Position numbers and translations under genes: made by a program. Of a stretch of 64,000 bases of DNA, positions 37,005-50,719 are shown in pieces. Positions within the stretch are counted from its first letter, which is position 1; every line of letters starts with the position of its first letter. Where the stretch lies: positions 1 to 64,000 of the forward strand of contig JAUCBJ010008352.1 in assembly GCA_032718475.1 (NCBI GenBank), read 5' to 3'. The DNA comes from Nemertoderma westbladi. Taxonomy: Eukaryota; Animalia; Xenacoelomorpha. The notes under the pieces were generated by a model. It saw only the letters and a list, made by a program, of their open reading frames with translations. It was not told where the DNA came from and did not search any database.

Positions 37005-37160
37005 CAAGTTTCTGGTCGGAATGGTCGGAATGGCTATGGGATAGTGAGTGTGGTAACAATCGAAGAGCTGTGACTCGTTTCTGTCACCCCATTGTGGGGT
37101 ATACGGGATATCCAAACCAATGCGTTGGTAATGATAAAATCTGTCAGTATGTACCACCAG
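37005..37160 (+). CDS. Host-gene exon: thrombospondin type-1 (TSP1) domain
   Basis: ttgtgttgcag|CAAG...CCAG|gtaaag, 156 bp, phase 1-1, in frame with the CUB exon; SFWSEWSEWLWDSECGNNRRAVTRFCHP...QCVG. Confidence 0.8.
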
Positions 37161-37556
37161 GTAAAGTAATAAAATAAATGTATAAGTATTGGCCTACATG
37201 AAGTACTTAATTTATATACAAAATATCATTATACGTCTTTTATAAATCATTAAGAAGGATAATTAGTGGAGCGATAGTGCGAACAATAAATTAAATTACA
37301 ATTATCCAATCAATCTTCCAAAAAGGCGGATAATAATAACTATTTCTTTTACAAAAAGAAAGTAACATTTATTCTTAAATTGTTACCTTTTCGCTCGAAT
37401 ATGCCCCAAAATCGGGAGAAAAAGTTAAACTTTTTTTCAAAAGTAAAATAAAATATTTTTGGTGGAGCAATTGTTGAAGGAGCAACGATGTAGAAAAGGC
37501 TTGCTAGTAATTTCAGCAAAATCCATGCACGCCCACAAAAGATATTACAACGTTAG

Positions 37557-38690
37557 TGTTCGCGCTTTTAGACCTTTAGCAGTTTAACCTGCCAATTTTA
37601 GTTGTCTTCTTGTTTATAAATCGACTTTAGCCTAGGACAATTATTTAGTGTACTGAAGTTACATCCGCCAAAGCCAGTCTGTGCGCGATAATTCACCCAC
37701 AGTTAAGGGAGACTGGATTCGGGTGCTTTGAAGTTATTGCGGCACAGACCTACTGTATTATTCGATTGATCGTTAATGTATAATATCTGACAAATATATT
37801 TACTTTCGGGGAAATATTAATAGTTCCTTTAGGACGTGGCGCTTTAAGTATAAAAACAGAGTTATGACTTATACTAATCACAACTAGAAGGCTATAGAGT
37901 TTCGTAAATAGCGCATTCTTTAGGAGATGCTTTATTATCTGTTAAACTACTTCACACGACTTCCCACTACTTCACACTACTGCACACTGATCTGCCGACC
38001 GTCACTGAACTTGATCATATATAAGGAAGATTGCAACGGACACTTATAGGGATTATGAAATAGCATTTAATTCACACAAAAACCACTATAATGTAAGTTG
38101 CAGTTGCTACCGGTAACCTGTTCCTCTCACCTTCAGTAATCAAGAAGATTGGGGGTTTTATGATTATTCATCGGTATTATCCAAATATATCAGCAATATA
38201 CATCCATATAACAACAATTAATAATAGAAGTAAAATAATGCGGTGAACAATCAGTATGTGTTACGTAATGCAAAGACCGTAAGTTAAATGCAGTTTTTGC
38301 AGTGTAGTTCTTCAGGTAGTTCTTCAGGTAATAGATTTACGTTCCTATAATCAAAGCCTTCAGATGTTCTTAGGCCAAAGTCTGAAACTTCCAAAACAGA
38401 AGTAACAGAAGATTTCAAGCCGGTTCTTAGGCTCAGAAAGGTAAACAAAGACCGTAATGCATTGCGCGGTTTTCCATAGGCCTCTGTACAACATAAAATG
38501 AAAATCGCTCTGATTGGCCGAATTAGGCAGAACAAAGAAAAGTTCCACGTTTACAGGAAATCAGCTGACAGATTTCGTCATCTGAGCTCCATCTTTTAGA
38601 GTATTATGCGCATTGCGACAAAAATGACTTGTTATGTCCGCAAAAGCACCTACACTGCGCATTGAGGGGAAAAATGAAAAAGCTTTTACA
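37557..38690 (-). repeat. 3' LTR of element B
   Basis: Bounded by the TSD and the purine tract; only 38101-38690 is repeated at the other end. Confidence 0.7.
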
Positions 38691-39121
38691 CCGCTCCCAG
38701 AAAATGGGATTTAAGTCTATAAAATATAAAAAATCACAGTTTCTAAAATACAAAAATACTCTAAACAATTAGTCCTTCTTACATGAACGGCGTTTATGAA
38801 GTTTTTTGAGGCTAGCAAGAGTCCTTTTCTCTTTGGGGCGAGCCACTTTACTAGGAGGGCTATAACTCCTGGGTGAGGGGTGCAATACAATTGCATCGGA
38901 AGGTTTCGGATTGCGGTCGGTGTATCCGCCGGTCGAGGTACCCGGTTGATCGATATCCACCTCAGTGGAACGAGGTCGAACAACCTTTAGAGCGCGTTTT
39001 AAGACAGCAGCTCTTACTGGTCCCTGACGAGTCGTTTGCACGAGAGCGGTAGGTGGACCGTGAGTAGTGAGAAACTTCCTCGGTTTGATGTTCTTTCTAA
39101 CTCGCGTTCTCGGGCTCTATA

Positions 39122-42100
39122 TTAATAGGGTCGTCTATGAACTTCCTGCAGTTCTGGATGTGAGTTGATGAACAAGTCACCATATTCCGGGTCTTGACGA
39201 ATGAAGTTGATCAAGTTATAGGAATTAAGGTCATTAGGATTGATGTTCCTGAGATACTTGCGAACAAATTTGGTCGAAATATTCTCGCCAACACGCTTCA
39301 TTAGCTCGTAGCTCGGTGTACGAGATTTTTGCTCAACGGAAGCAAAGAGATACGGGTGAAACGCATAAACTCCTTCATAGGCACGTCCAGGGTAGTATCG
39401 ATGACGTGACTCACAATGGAGATCCGCGTTAGCTTCCCAGGCTCGAATGTAGCGCAGGGCAACCATTTCATCTACGCTTTCCAGATCTCGGTTGAAAGGG
39501 AAATCAAAACTTGCGTGTCCTTTAAACTGGCAATGATGGCATTGAGTCATAAATTGAGGGCAGACTGCGAAGATGTGTAAGTTATTGAGTCTACAATACG
39601 CACAATAGATCTCCATTGTGGGTTGATCTTGAAAGTAGGAGCAGGGTACGCTGGAGTCCACCGGGGTGAAATGGTCTCTCGATGCGCATAATTGGCAACG
39701 TTTCCTAGAAACATAGTTGACATGCCGATAATCGTATGCGGTGAGACATTGTGGACCTTGATACCATTCCAGGATGTAGTCGTTGTCATTGCTCGTGGGT
39801 GCTGTGGGTTGAATCTCCTCGGACTCTAAGCAAATTGGTTCGTCTTCCAATTGCATAGCTGAGATAGGTATAGCTGTCTTCTCAAGCGAACCCACTGTTT
39901 GAACTTCCACGATAGAATAACCTGTGGGGATTCGGGGTCTTTGTATAACAGAGGAATGTAAATTCTGTATACAAACGTCCTTGAAAATGGCGAATCCAGC
40001 GCTGTCTAACTTCTCAGCAGCTGAGTCTCTTAGGCTGAGCTTAGTCAGAGCGCGGTCCTTGAACTGACTATCAACGTTACGGAACGGAGTCAGAAAGCGC
40101 CTAAAGCATTCGAAGCGGATGAATTTATTGTGTTCATCTAGCTTGGCGAGTTTGGTTCCAAGTAACAAGGGATGGGCGCGTATAGTACGACTGCACACAT
40201 CGGCTAGCCAACCGGCAAGTGCGGCGTTCTCGAAGATAGTGTATATAGCTAATGAGGGACGAAGTGGAACACTCATGAAGCTATAAACGACGCCAGGTGC
40301 GGTCAATGGTCCGTCGAAGTATAATCGAGAATAATGATCTCCATATACTTGTTGATAGTTGATAGGGTTTCCGACTTTGAAATTCCATCCGTATTCTTGA
40401 AAGGCAAGATGTCCAATGGAGGTTCGTTGTACTTTAGTGATGCCGCTGGATGTATTGGCATACATAGTGCGGAAGAAACCTCGGCCTTCTGCCCAGGGAG
40501 CAATCAGCTGGGTATCTACGAAAGGATATGGAATATTCTCCATGTTCCTGAAATCATTCTGGAGATCTCCATAAACAGCTGAGCCGATTTTAAGGATTCT
40601 TTCGTTAAACAACATCTCGAGCACTGGCTGGGTTAACATCGATCCATCTATACCCATGGCCGGTTTGCGCTCGGTATCGGTGACGTAACGCTGTGCGAGT
40701 TCGAATTGTCCATGTCGGAGTTTCTTTTGGATCTCGGTGAGGGTCTCAAAAGAATAATCGATCACGTCGGAACACGCTCGGGTAAACACATGGGTAGAAC
40801 CAGCTAATCCACGTATGTGTATCATTCGCGTAGTTCCCAGTTCTCCAACCGGAACGCTACCTTCGTTATCGTAAGTGACAACTCTATACATTTCGATAAC
40901 TTTAAGAGTTTTGTTCAGTCTTTGGTGGCATTTTCTATGGTCATACCCACCGGATGCCATAAGGTGGCGCGTTCGCTAGCATTAGGTAGATCGCTATACT
41001 TCAGATAATGTGTAGTATACGTCTCTACATCTCCATATCGCTGTATTCTCTCTTCCTCGAATAATACGTCGAGATTCCAATGGACTAATCGAGTTTTAAT
41101 AAATCCATCGAGATTATATGGTGGAATTATATCCTTTTCTATTCTAGAAACATTATAAGGTTTTCTGAATGAGTTTACTTTCACTAACTGATCCAGATGT
41201 TTCTGTAGTTGTTCGAGTTCAACAAGATCGAGGGGATTTAGCAGTGGTAGAAACCTCAAACTGTGTGTAGGATCTTCCGGTTTCACCATATAATATTGAG
41301 TTAGATTGACATAATAAGGATGGTCTTTGATCCCATAAAATGAGTTCGGTAAAGGTCTAGCGCGTAGGTTGACCTCGTGTACCATACGACGGACAAGATC
41401 CACTCGATTGTCCAGAGGTTCAATGAGTATACCGTCGACACGAGCGGCCTCGATTGGTGGACGTTGTAACATAGGTGCGTCAGCGATAAGATCTCGAGAT
41501 CTTAGGTTGATATCAACTGGTTGGGGTTGTACCGTGGCGAAGAGTTTGTCTCCGAAATGGGGAAACATCGAGGGATGAATGATGGTTTTAGAATAGAGAT
41601 CAGTCATAAGGATTTGAGCTTCTGGTTGGGCTAAAGCTGCTTCTTCTCTCTCGTCTATTTCGATGTGCTTCTCCTCGAGCTGATTTTCCTCCGCTTGTCG
41701 TTGGAAGTGTTCGTCCAAAAACTCTTGCAGAGAATAGGTTCGCCCAAGTTCGATGTCTTCCTCGAGGTTCTGCATTTCTCGATCAAACTGGGGTAAGGCC
41801 AATTCCTTTACTGCTTGGACTTGCTGCTGCAATTTATGTTTATCTAAACAATCGTAAATTCCTTTTCCGATCTTTTGCCGAATAGCATCTAACGCGTTTC
41901 GTACAACGCTCTCCTCGACTTCGGTGACGGGTTGTATCGGGGTTAAACCGGGACGATTATACGGGTTGAACAGAGATATTAAATGTCCGCGTCCCAATCC
42001 GGCTAGGTAGAATGGGTGAATATCTAGAGAGCCCACTACTGGAGTGCCACCGATTAATTGTTTGGGTAACACTAGATCTTTGAACAGTGAGTACAGTTCG

Positions 42101-43020
42101 GGAGGATCCGTGATACTATTAGGATCAAGAGTCTGAGGTCTCACCAGGGAATGAGGAGGTCTGACCGAGTATTCCGGAACTCTGATCATCGGTTTATTTA
42201 AGGATCGTTTGAGTCGAGCGAGCGTAGGTGATAGGTCGAACAAGTTTCGCTTGAAACTCCCGTAAGTACAGCGAGTAAAACTGTGTTTAGCGCAACGTCT
42301 CCGCAGATGTTTATGTCTTTCCGTTTGTTGGTTGGGTCTAGGGCATTCATCGCAATAATACCAAAGACGCACGTCTTGTAAGGGAAACGCGGGTGATCTT
42401 TCTCCAGTTTTACAATATTCCTCCATCTGTTCGAAGCTATCCGGTATAACAGGTAGCGGTCGATCGGCGGTAAGATACATCATAGTGAAATAGAGTCATT
42501 TGAGTTCTATCATAGGGTCATGATGTATACCTTGAGGATATCGAGTTTCTAGATTTTGTTGACTGGCTACATTGAGATATGTTTCTCTCAAGAATTCTAA
42601 ATATTCATTGAAGTCACTGCGTTTATCCGGCTCTTCAACGTCTTCTCTTTCAAGTCGGTTTCGAATAGAATTTTCGTGTTCGATTCTCAGTTTATTGTTC
42701 CGACTCCGCTGGGTATGATATTTAAATAGAATCATTTCCCTTTCGGTGTCTACATCGTCCGTATCGTATAAATCGATAGGATGACCAGTAGTTAAGAAGT
42801 CCATATACGTACCATTACGATGCGTATAGCGAGCGGTGAATTTTCTATAGTCCAATTCATGCGTGAGCTGTTCCTTTGACATTGGCATTTCGATATAACG
42901 GCCATCGTCCTCCGTAGTGGGTTGACTAGCATCGCCGCGTATTAAACTATCAACAAATGCTTGCAATGGTAGGGTATATCGCTCCCTGATACCAAGATCA
43001 TCTTCTATCAACTCAGTCAT
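39122..43020 (-). pseudogene. Accessory gene of element B: Cys/His motif, DEDDy-like exonuclease and three zinc knuckles (~1300 aa when repaired)
   Basis: 43020-42496 and 42483-40915 are in frame across one TGA; one frameshift leads to 40960-39122. Motifs: TYDNEG, ILKIGSAVYGDL, FVDT, YTIFE; CQLCASRDH, CAYCRLNNLHIFAVC, CHHCQFKGH. Confidence 0.72.
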
Positions 43021-45035
43021 AGCTGCTATATGAGTTTATCGATATTATAATTAATTATATTTAGGCTAGCGGTCGTCGCTGCCTCCCCCTCAATGCCCCC
43101 GGACAGAGCAAGATCCTCAGCGCTGATGTACTGTCATCGCTGTGCCTCTCGCCAATGTAGTAGCTACACAACGACAACAATAACCAGCGCGAGTCACTCC
43201 ACTGTCCGTCCCAAGGGCTTAGAATTACTTCAAGTTCTTGCTACAGAGGTAGGGCAACTTTCACAACTGCGACTCGCTACTGTAAACACACTTTAGTAGT
43301 AACATTCACCTATAAACGCACAAATTCCACACAACTGTCACAAATTGTACACATTCGGGCCATTTGTCCGTTAGTCAAGTGCCTTCCAGAATGCCACGTT
43401 ATTATTATGTATCCCTGGATACTAACAGTGTGCTATTTATTCCATATGCTATTCAATGGGGCGAGCTTTCTATTGTTCTTTTAACTCGCTTCTAATTCTA
43501 GCGTGGTTGTTGCTATGGTGACATTATGGAAAGCTAGCAGTAGAATTAGGGTAATTCTCATGCATACAGATCTGGGATGCTATTTTTAATAGTAATTCTT
43601 TAATTGTCAATATTCCCCTTTATACATGATTTTATGAATTTTATTGGCTATTGACTATATATTGGAGATTCTCGCACAGTAATATACTTAATAGGGTGAA
43701 TCTCCGCTCCCATGATCTATTAATTAATTGAATTTTGGGAATGTTATAAATTGTATAAAATGACAATTTATCAAATTCATGAGAGGATATGAATTTAAAT
43801 TTATTCCCATAAATTTTATTATTTAATATTAAAATAAACACAATTTATTTCCAGAACATGTCTGGGAACTAGGATCCTTAATTCTAGGAAATTTGTCTTT
43901 TTAAGAGTATCGGTAAGTGCTACGATATCTTAATCGCCTAGAATTTTAAAGGATCTGAATTTTAACAGATTTGGATTTATAGATTTTCTTGGTTTACAAC
44001 TCCTTAGAGTTTATTTGTCTGCATTTACTCTATTATAACATTTGTTTTAATAGATTTTTATAAATATTAAATATTTAATATTTAAGATGGGCACCGATTT
44101 ATTCCAGAATATGTCTGGGGACGTTAACCACTGATCAAGTTCCGGTGCAAGTTCCGCAAACAATACTGACTAGCTCGAAAGCTAGTAACCACTTACCAGT
44201 CACTGTACACGTGTACTCAACAGATGCTCATGAAATCAAGTACACAATGGTAAACACAAAATCGGACACATACCATGCACACACAGAGGACATAATCGGG
44301 AAAGACGAATCGGTGACAAAATCAGAGGGGACAAAATTGTATCGACTGATAAAAGAGTCGAGAGTACCTTATTTTGCCGTCAGGGCAAAATAACTTTGTG
44401 TGCACAAAGTATGCTGGGGCGCAGTAAAGATATGGTCCTACTAATAACCAGCGGCGACTGAACCAACCGGCAAGGTTTCCCACACTCACTCGCAGTGGCC
44501 ATACACATACACACGTATACCACGTACCTACAGCAACAGAAAGCTCAAGCCAACTGTCACTGATCGTCCACACACAAACCACAGATTCCAGAGTATCATT
44601 CACTCGGACCACACTACAACACCACCCCCTCCTTGCAGCAGATATTCCAGGTGCTACCTCCATTCCAATAGTTGTACCAACAGAATCATCAGAATCCTGC
44701 CCATTCTGATGCAACACCTCCATTCCAATAGTGCGACCCTGGGAAAAGACACGTTTCGGCAACCGATCGGAGACAGCAAAGAGTCTGGTCAACTCATACA
44801 TACCAAACATAGACCTACCACATAGACCACATAGACCACAGATCATACCAAGCCACCACCCCTACTGTATACAGGACTAGCAGTACGGCAACAGGCCGAC
44901 TAGACGGTACCACGGCACCATGTTGATTCATGGTTCGCAAGACAAAAGGGCCTTCAGTAACTCCCTTGCACTATAGAAAGGATTTAACGTGCCCCCAGAC
45001 CCTCACGAGTCCGCCGCCGCCTGTTTTAGGCACCC

Positions 45036-48000
45036 CTATAGAGACCTCACCTCTTTAGGTACCTTACTTTCAGAAGTCTTCTCTCTAGACTGTTTTAGGA
45101 GTTGTAATCTTACCTCTCTGTTTAAGAATGACAGAAGGTCTGTCATGGTTGGATCTCTATGTTGTTGGTCCATCAAATAGAGAACCTTTTTGTCCCAGCG
45201 AGTACCTACTCCATCCTTTAGCAAAGTTGATGCTAAGGCTCCTACAACCATAGAATTCTGGTATTCATGAGACTTACCCAACCAGTCTAACTGTATACAG
45301 ATTTCCTGAATCTCGTCGGAAAACTCTATAATCCTGCTGCTAAGAAACTTTCGGGGCGCCATTAATTTCGCATACAGATACCTAGCTATGTTAGTCCTAT
45401 TACCATACCTGATGTTTAGCGTATCCCAAACTTGTCTTAATCCATCTGGATGTCCAATAAACTTTAACGCCATTAACTTGGGAGGTCCTTCCAAGCACTC
45501 GATGAGGAATCTAAGTTTCTCTCCGTTGGATAGTACATAGTTCTGTATGTTATCTTTATAATATTCATTAAAAGGTAACCATTTCATCTCATCTCCATTG
45601 AACTTGACGACCTCTCCTACCTTTACCGTTTGATGGGCTTCGGTTCTAGCCATTTGACGCGTAAAACTTTCTTGGGCCATCGTATTATTTAATATCGAGT
45701 TATCGGTATATAAATTTCTCGGATTATGATCAGGTCGATATGGAATATCATTATCAACAGGTTTATAATTACCCTTAATAGGTTTACTATAGGAGTTTCT
45801 ACTTCACTAGCAGTATAGATGCGTGTAGGCTCCACACCTTGCGCATGAAATACTTCAGACCTAACAGGTTGACACATTGTTACAGGTGGTGGTGGTATAC
45901 CCTTTTGTATATTTACTAATTTATCGCATTCTAACGCGATACTCTGCTGCACTTCTTGCAACTCTAACCTACTCTCTCTTACTGTTCCCTTTAACTGCTG
46001 AACAGTCCCTTCCAACTCTCAGACCTGCTGGGAGGAACGTAAACGATGTTCCTCCAGTTGCCCGAGCAGGAGATCCATCCCTCGCCGTCCCTCATCCACC
46101 CACTCTACTGCCGAAGCGGGAGCCACCAACATAGTAGCGGGTAGACGAGGGACGACGTGCGACAAATTGTTGATGTCTTGCTCGGCGTCCTGGACCGGGA
46201 TTGATTCAGGGGCTGTTCTACTGGGCATAGGTATTTTAGTACTGTGCAAAGGGAATTTAGAGTTAGGTTCCGGAAGTACAGGTTCTCTATCACAGAGGGA
46301 GTGGCTCCGAGAACAGGCCTAATTATTTCAGGCTCATCTACTATAGTAGGGAGTCTGTCTACTCTAATAATTTGGTCAGTGATCTCTTGATTACCTAAGT
46401 CTACACTAGCCAGTTGCCTTCTCACCGCAGGAGGTAAATTAGGTAACTTCTGATGGTGTATCGTTCTTCTACGTCTGCTTGAACGAGATTTATTACCTCT
46501 ACCTTCGGGATCTGTTGTATCACCCTCATCGGAGGAGGTAAATCCCTGTCTTCTGGGAGTAGATCGACTCAGTAACTGCATCTGAGTAGCTGTCCTTTGT
46601 TTCTTCAAGTAATCTTGTTTCGCCTGAAGGTTCTCCAGCACTAGTTGGGTAGTCGCTTCAGATGCCCTCAGTTCTGCTTCTGCCACTGCCGCCTTTCTTT
46701 CAGCTTCTGCAGCTAACGCCTTCCTCTCAGATTCTGCCGCTGCTGCTGCCTCTGCAGCTTTTCTTTCAGCCTCTGCAGCTGACACCTTCCTCTCAGATTC
46801 TGCCACTGCTGCTGCCTCTGCAGCTTTTCTTTCAGCCTCTGCATCTGACGCCTTCCTCTCAGATTCTGCTGCTGCTGCTGCTGCTGCTGCTGCCTTTCTT
46901 TCAGATTCCGCAGCTGCTGCTGACCTTCGGTCTTCTATTTGTCGTTTCTTTAATTGTTCTTCTTGATCCATTGCTATGAGGATGCTTTCATCAAATTTAG
47001 CCTGCTCCGCGGCTAATATTTCTGCATCTAATGAGTCCAACACAAATTTGGCTCCCTCACTATTAGGATGAAGTCCAGCTAGCTGTCTCCTTAGCTCTTT
47101 GTCACCTATAAATCGTTGATAGTCCGACAGATAGATGTCAATAGCATCCTTCTTCTGAGGTTTTTCGGATGTAGCTTCGCCTTCCACTTGAGAAAAGGTA
47201 GCATCTGTTGATTCTCCGTGGGTCGCGCGCTCAGTTAGCTGAACTTTCCATTGTGTCGTTCCCTGGACTTTAAGACTCACCCGTTGGAACCAAGTCTTTA
47301 CGGCTGCTTATAACGATATGTCTTGGCTTCTCTTCGAGGCTTCCTCAAAGGCTGAAAGGATTAGCCTGATCCATAAGATTCGTTCTCGCACTTGATAAAG
47401 CAGCTCTCCCTGCTCTTGAGGTCCTTGACATTGTTGAAACAGGTGTTCCTCTAATCGCTCCAAAGAGCTGAAGAATCCCTGGACATATCCTGCTGCTGAC
47501 CTCTTCCACACAGCTGGATCTCGAGTGTCTCTTACTACTCCCATCCTGTGTAAGTCCTCCCAGGCAGCTTCCGATAAGTTAAACGGGAGTCCGGGTCCGG
47601 GGAAGTTCCATTGCGCCTCGACAATAGACCTTAATTCCTCCATCGTGTAGCCCGCATAACTGTTCTTGGTCTATCGCTTACTTCTCGCCCAATCGATTTG
47701 ATGTTCTTCCACAGTGATCAATACTCTAGGGAGTACGGCTCCAGGAAGAATTAGAAGTGGATCAGGATAAACCGCTTCTGCCATCCTTGCTCCAATCTCG
47801 GGTGTCAACTCTACAGTGTCTGAACTACTGGAGTTATCGGGCTGTTGAGAAATAAGTTCTCGGTTCGGGTGCTGCTGCTGTTTAACAGCTGCCTCTTGGT
47901 CCCGCTTGACTTGAGCCCTAGTGCCTATAATAGACTTATGGTGCTTTACTAGCCTACGGTCTGACACTACTACTGTAGGGATGACCTTTCTTACAGTAGG

Positions 48001-48102
48001 AGGGGACTTGGACTTCGGTCTCAGATTTTCTATACTCCTATCTGTGTCACAGACGGTTCTTTCTAGGAGACTATCTGACAGTGTTTGCTTTGTGTCAGCC
48101 AT
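45036..48102 (-). pseudogene. gag: gag region of element B (fragmented; Ala/Glu-rich coil plus DUF1759-type domain)
   Basis: KFNGDEMKWLPF...GEKLRFLIECLEGPPK...WDTLNIRYG; AAAAESERKA repeats at ~46680-46920. Confidence 0.75.
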
Positions 48103-49850
48103 GATATATATTGCAGTTGAATGCCTACTACTATAACGACAGTTAAAGTAAGTCTAGTAATTCAGTATCAACTGTAAGCCTAGTAATTAATTACCGATAC
48201 CGTTACTCTGTGTAACGTGATATATGATATATATTAAAATACCGGTATACTTATAGGATATATAATTATTACAGACTAGGATTAGTCACAGAATACCGGT
48301 ATATAATTTCAGCCTAAATTTATATAAATGTATATAATAAGCCTACCGTGAATACCGGTATACACCTATAGTATATATAAGTATTATTACAGACTAGGAT
48401 TAATCACAGAATACCGGTATATAATTTCAGCCTAAATTTATATAATGTATATAATAAGCCTACTGTAAATACCGGTAATGTCAATTATTTATAATAACTG
48501 AATTTCTGAATTTTAGGGTTACTTCCCTTTACTTTATTACTGTTATTAAGCAGTAGTTCAACTGATATTAAGACCTAATTGATGTATAACAGGCCTACTA
48601 TTTTATAAATCGGTTTGAGTTGATTTATAATAAATCATGTACCCGTACAAGGGTTTTTGACAATGTTTGAAATAAATGTTATTATTTCTAGATAAGGAGT
48701 CACTACACAGAAGCTGTACGCTCTCAGTGGAGTGCTACTTGCTGGACACTAAAACGAATAATTCTACTTTACTAAGTTACTTATCACTACAAATTACTTA
48801 CAATTACAGTTTGAGATTACAATCTCTAAATAAACAATAACAAGTTACACATACAATTTGTTATGGTAATTTTACAAGAAATCTACAAACCAGCCTAACA
48901 AGGAGTTAGAATTTCTGGTTCTTACAAACTGACAGGAAACTACGGTATTTGAAAACAATAAAGCAGTAGTAAGTAAATTGCGTTGTCCAGATAAGAAAAT
49001 ACCACCGTCTGACGACTTATAGTCTTAGCTCTATAAGTACTACGTTATGTACCCGGAGTGTCCTTACCTAGAAGTTAATTACTGCAGCCAACCAGAGCTA
49101 ACGTGCCTATTAACCACTTTACAACACAAATATACTGCCTACACACTAAATTACTTTCGGAAAGCACTGTACTCTAAACCCTAAATTAGGTACAAGTACT
49201 TATACAACAAATAACTAGCAGTTAAATATACTTGAACAGCCAAAAGAACCACGGTATCTGCTGGAGTGACCGGAGCACAAAATCACCAGTCTTTACCTAC
49301 GCCAAGCAGCCCTGGTGTAGTACCGGGGTTAATTTAACTATAACGGTATGTATAACAAGCACAATTACTGTAGGAATAAACTTGGGGAATTGGTGGTTGC
49401 GAATACTCGCATCGACTCTGAATAATAAATATTACGCTACCCGTGCAGACTATACAAACAAAATACAGACCAAATGCTGGCAGACTACTGGCAAGCCTAA
49501 ATAAACTACAGTATATGCAGACTCCGAAATGGTTAGTTAGTAGGCGTTCTAACCCAGTAGTACGACTTATTCTTTCGGGGGGATTTACCTTACAACACTG
49601 GATGCCCCCACCTTCTTAACTAGCACTTTATCGGACAGACACTCTACACACACTGCAATCGCTTCAGACCTAACAACAGTCAGACAACAATCCGGCCTAC
49701 AAATTATTTATACAATCTGAGCTGGCTTACACGCCTTCTGCTCAATATTACACTTACAGATAAATAAAACTGACAGAAATAAGTAAACCATACAAAGGAA
49801 TAAGGGGTGATCGATCCCTAATCCCCTAACAGCCTACAATATACAATATT

Positions 49851-50108
49851 GAGCAGCTTGGTCTAGTGGTGACATTACTGTGCTTCCGATTAGGGAGCCC
49901 GGGTTCGATCCCTAGATGGGGCAGCTCTATTTGGGCACAGTGCTTTAAATGCTGCAGCCTAGCCCAACCCCGGCTTTCATCCTTCAGTGGTCAATAAATG
50001 GGAACCAAGGCAACTTGGGAAACAGAGTGGAAGGGTTTACTGTGGAAGATCACCCATGGTGGTGAACAGGCATTCCTTGGCTTAACGAGCCTAAAAGATT
50101 CTCCCATT
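49851..50108 (+). mobile_element. tRNA-derived SINE
   Basis: A box TGGTCTAGTGG, B box GGTTCGATCCC, 14-bp TSD CAATATACAATATT (49837-49850 and 50109-50122). Confidence 0.85.
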
Positions 50109-50147
50109 CAATATACAATATTTCTCAATCGAAATAATACTAAGTCA

Positions 50148-50714
50148 CAGTTGCTACCGGTAACCTGTTCCTCTCACCTGCAGTAATCAAGAAGATTGGG
50201 GGTTTTATGATTATTCATCGGTATTATCCAAATATATCAGCAATATACATCCATATAACAACAATTAATAATAGAAGTAAAATAATGCAGTGAACAATCA
50301 GTATGTGTTACGTAATGCAAAGACCGTAAGTTAAATGCAGTTTTTGCAGTGTAGTTCTTCAGGTAGTTCTTCAGGTAATAGATTTACATTCCTATAATCA
50401 AAGCCTTCAGATGTTCTTAGGCCAAAGTCTGAAACTTCCAAAACAGAAGTAACAGAAGATTTCAAGCCGGTTCTTAGGCTCAGAAAGGTAAACAAAGAAA
50501 CATAAAATGAAAATCGCTCTGATTGGCCGAATTAGGCAGAACAAAGAAAAGTTCCACGTTTACAGGAAATCAGCTGACAGATTTCGTCATCTGAGCTCCA
50601 ATCTTTTAGAGTATTATGCGCATTGCGGCAAAAATGACTTGTTATGTCCGCAAAAGCACCTACAGTGCGCATTGCGTGGAAAAATGACTTGTTATGTCCG
50701 CAAAAGCTTTTACA
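50148..50714 (-). repeat. Matching part of the 5' LTR of element B
   Basis: Near-identical to 38101-38690 apart from small indels. Confidence 0.85.
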
Positions 50715-50719
50715 GTTAG

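Larger units (their letters stand above)
37557..50714 (-). mobile_element. BEL-type LTR element B, non-autonomous (no pol), 13.2 kb
   Basis: TGT...ACA ends, TSD GTTAG (37552-37556 and 50715-50719), direct repeats 38101-38690 / 50148-50714, same GGAGCGG tract before the 3' LTR as element A, DUF1759-type gag. Confidence 0.8.

Noticed and set aside
48235-48480. ~115-bp tandem duplication in the 5' UTR of element B
   Set aside because: Ordinary local duplication, common in LTR-element UTRs.
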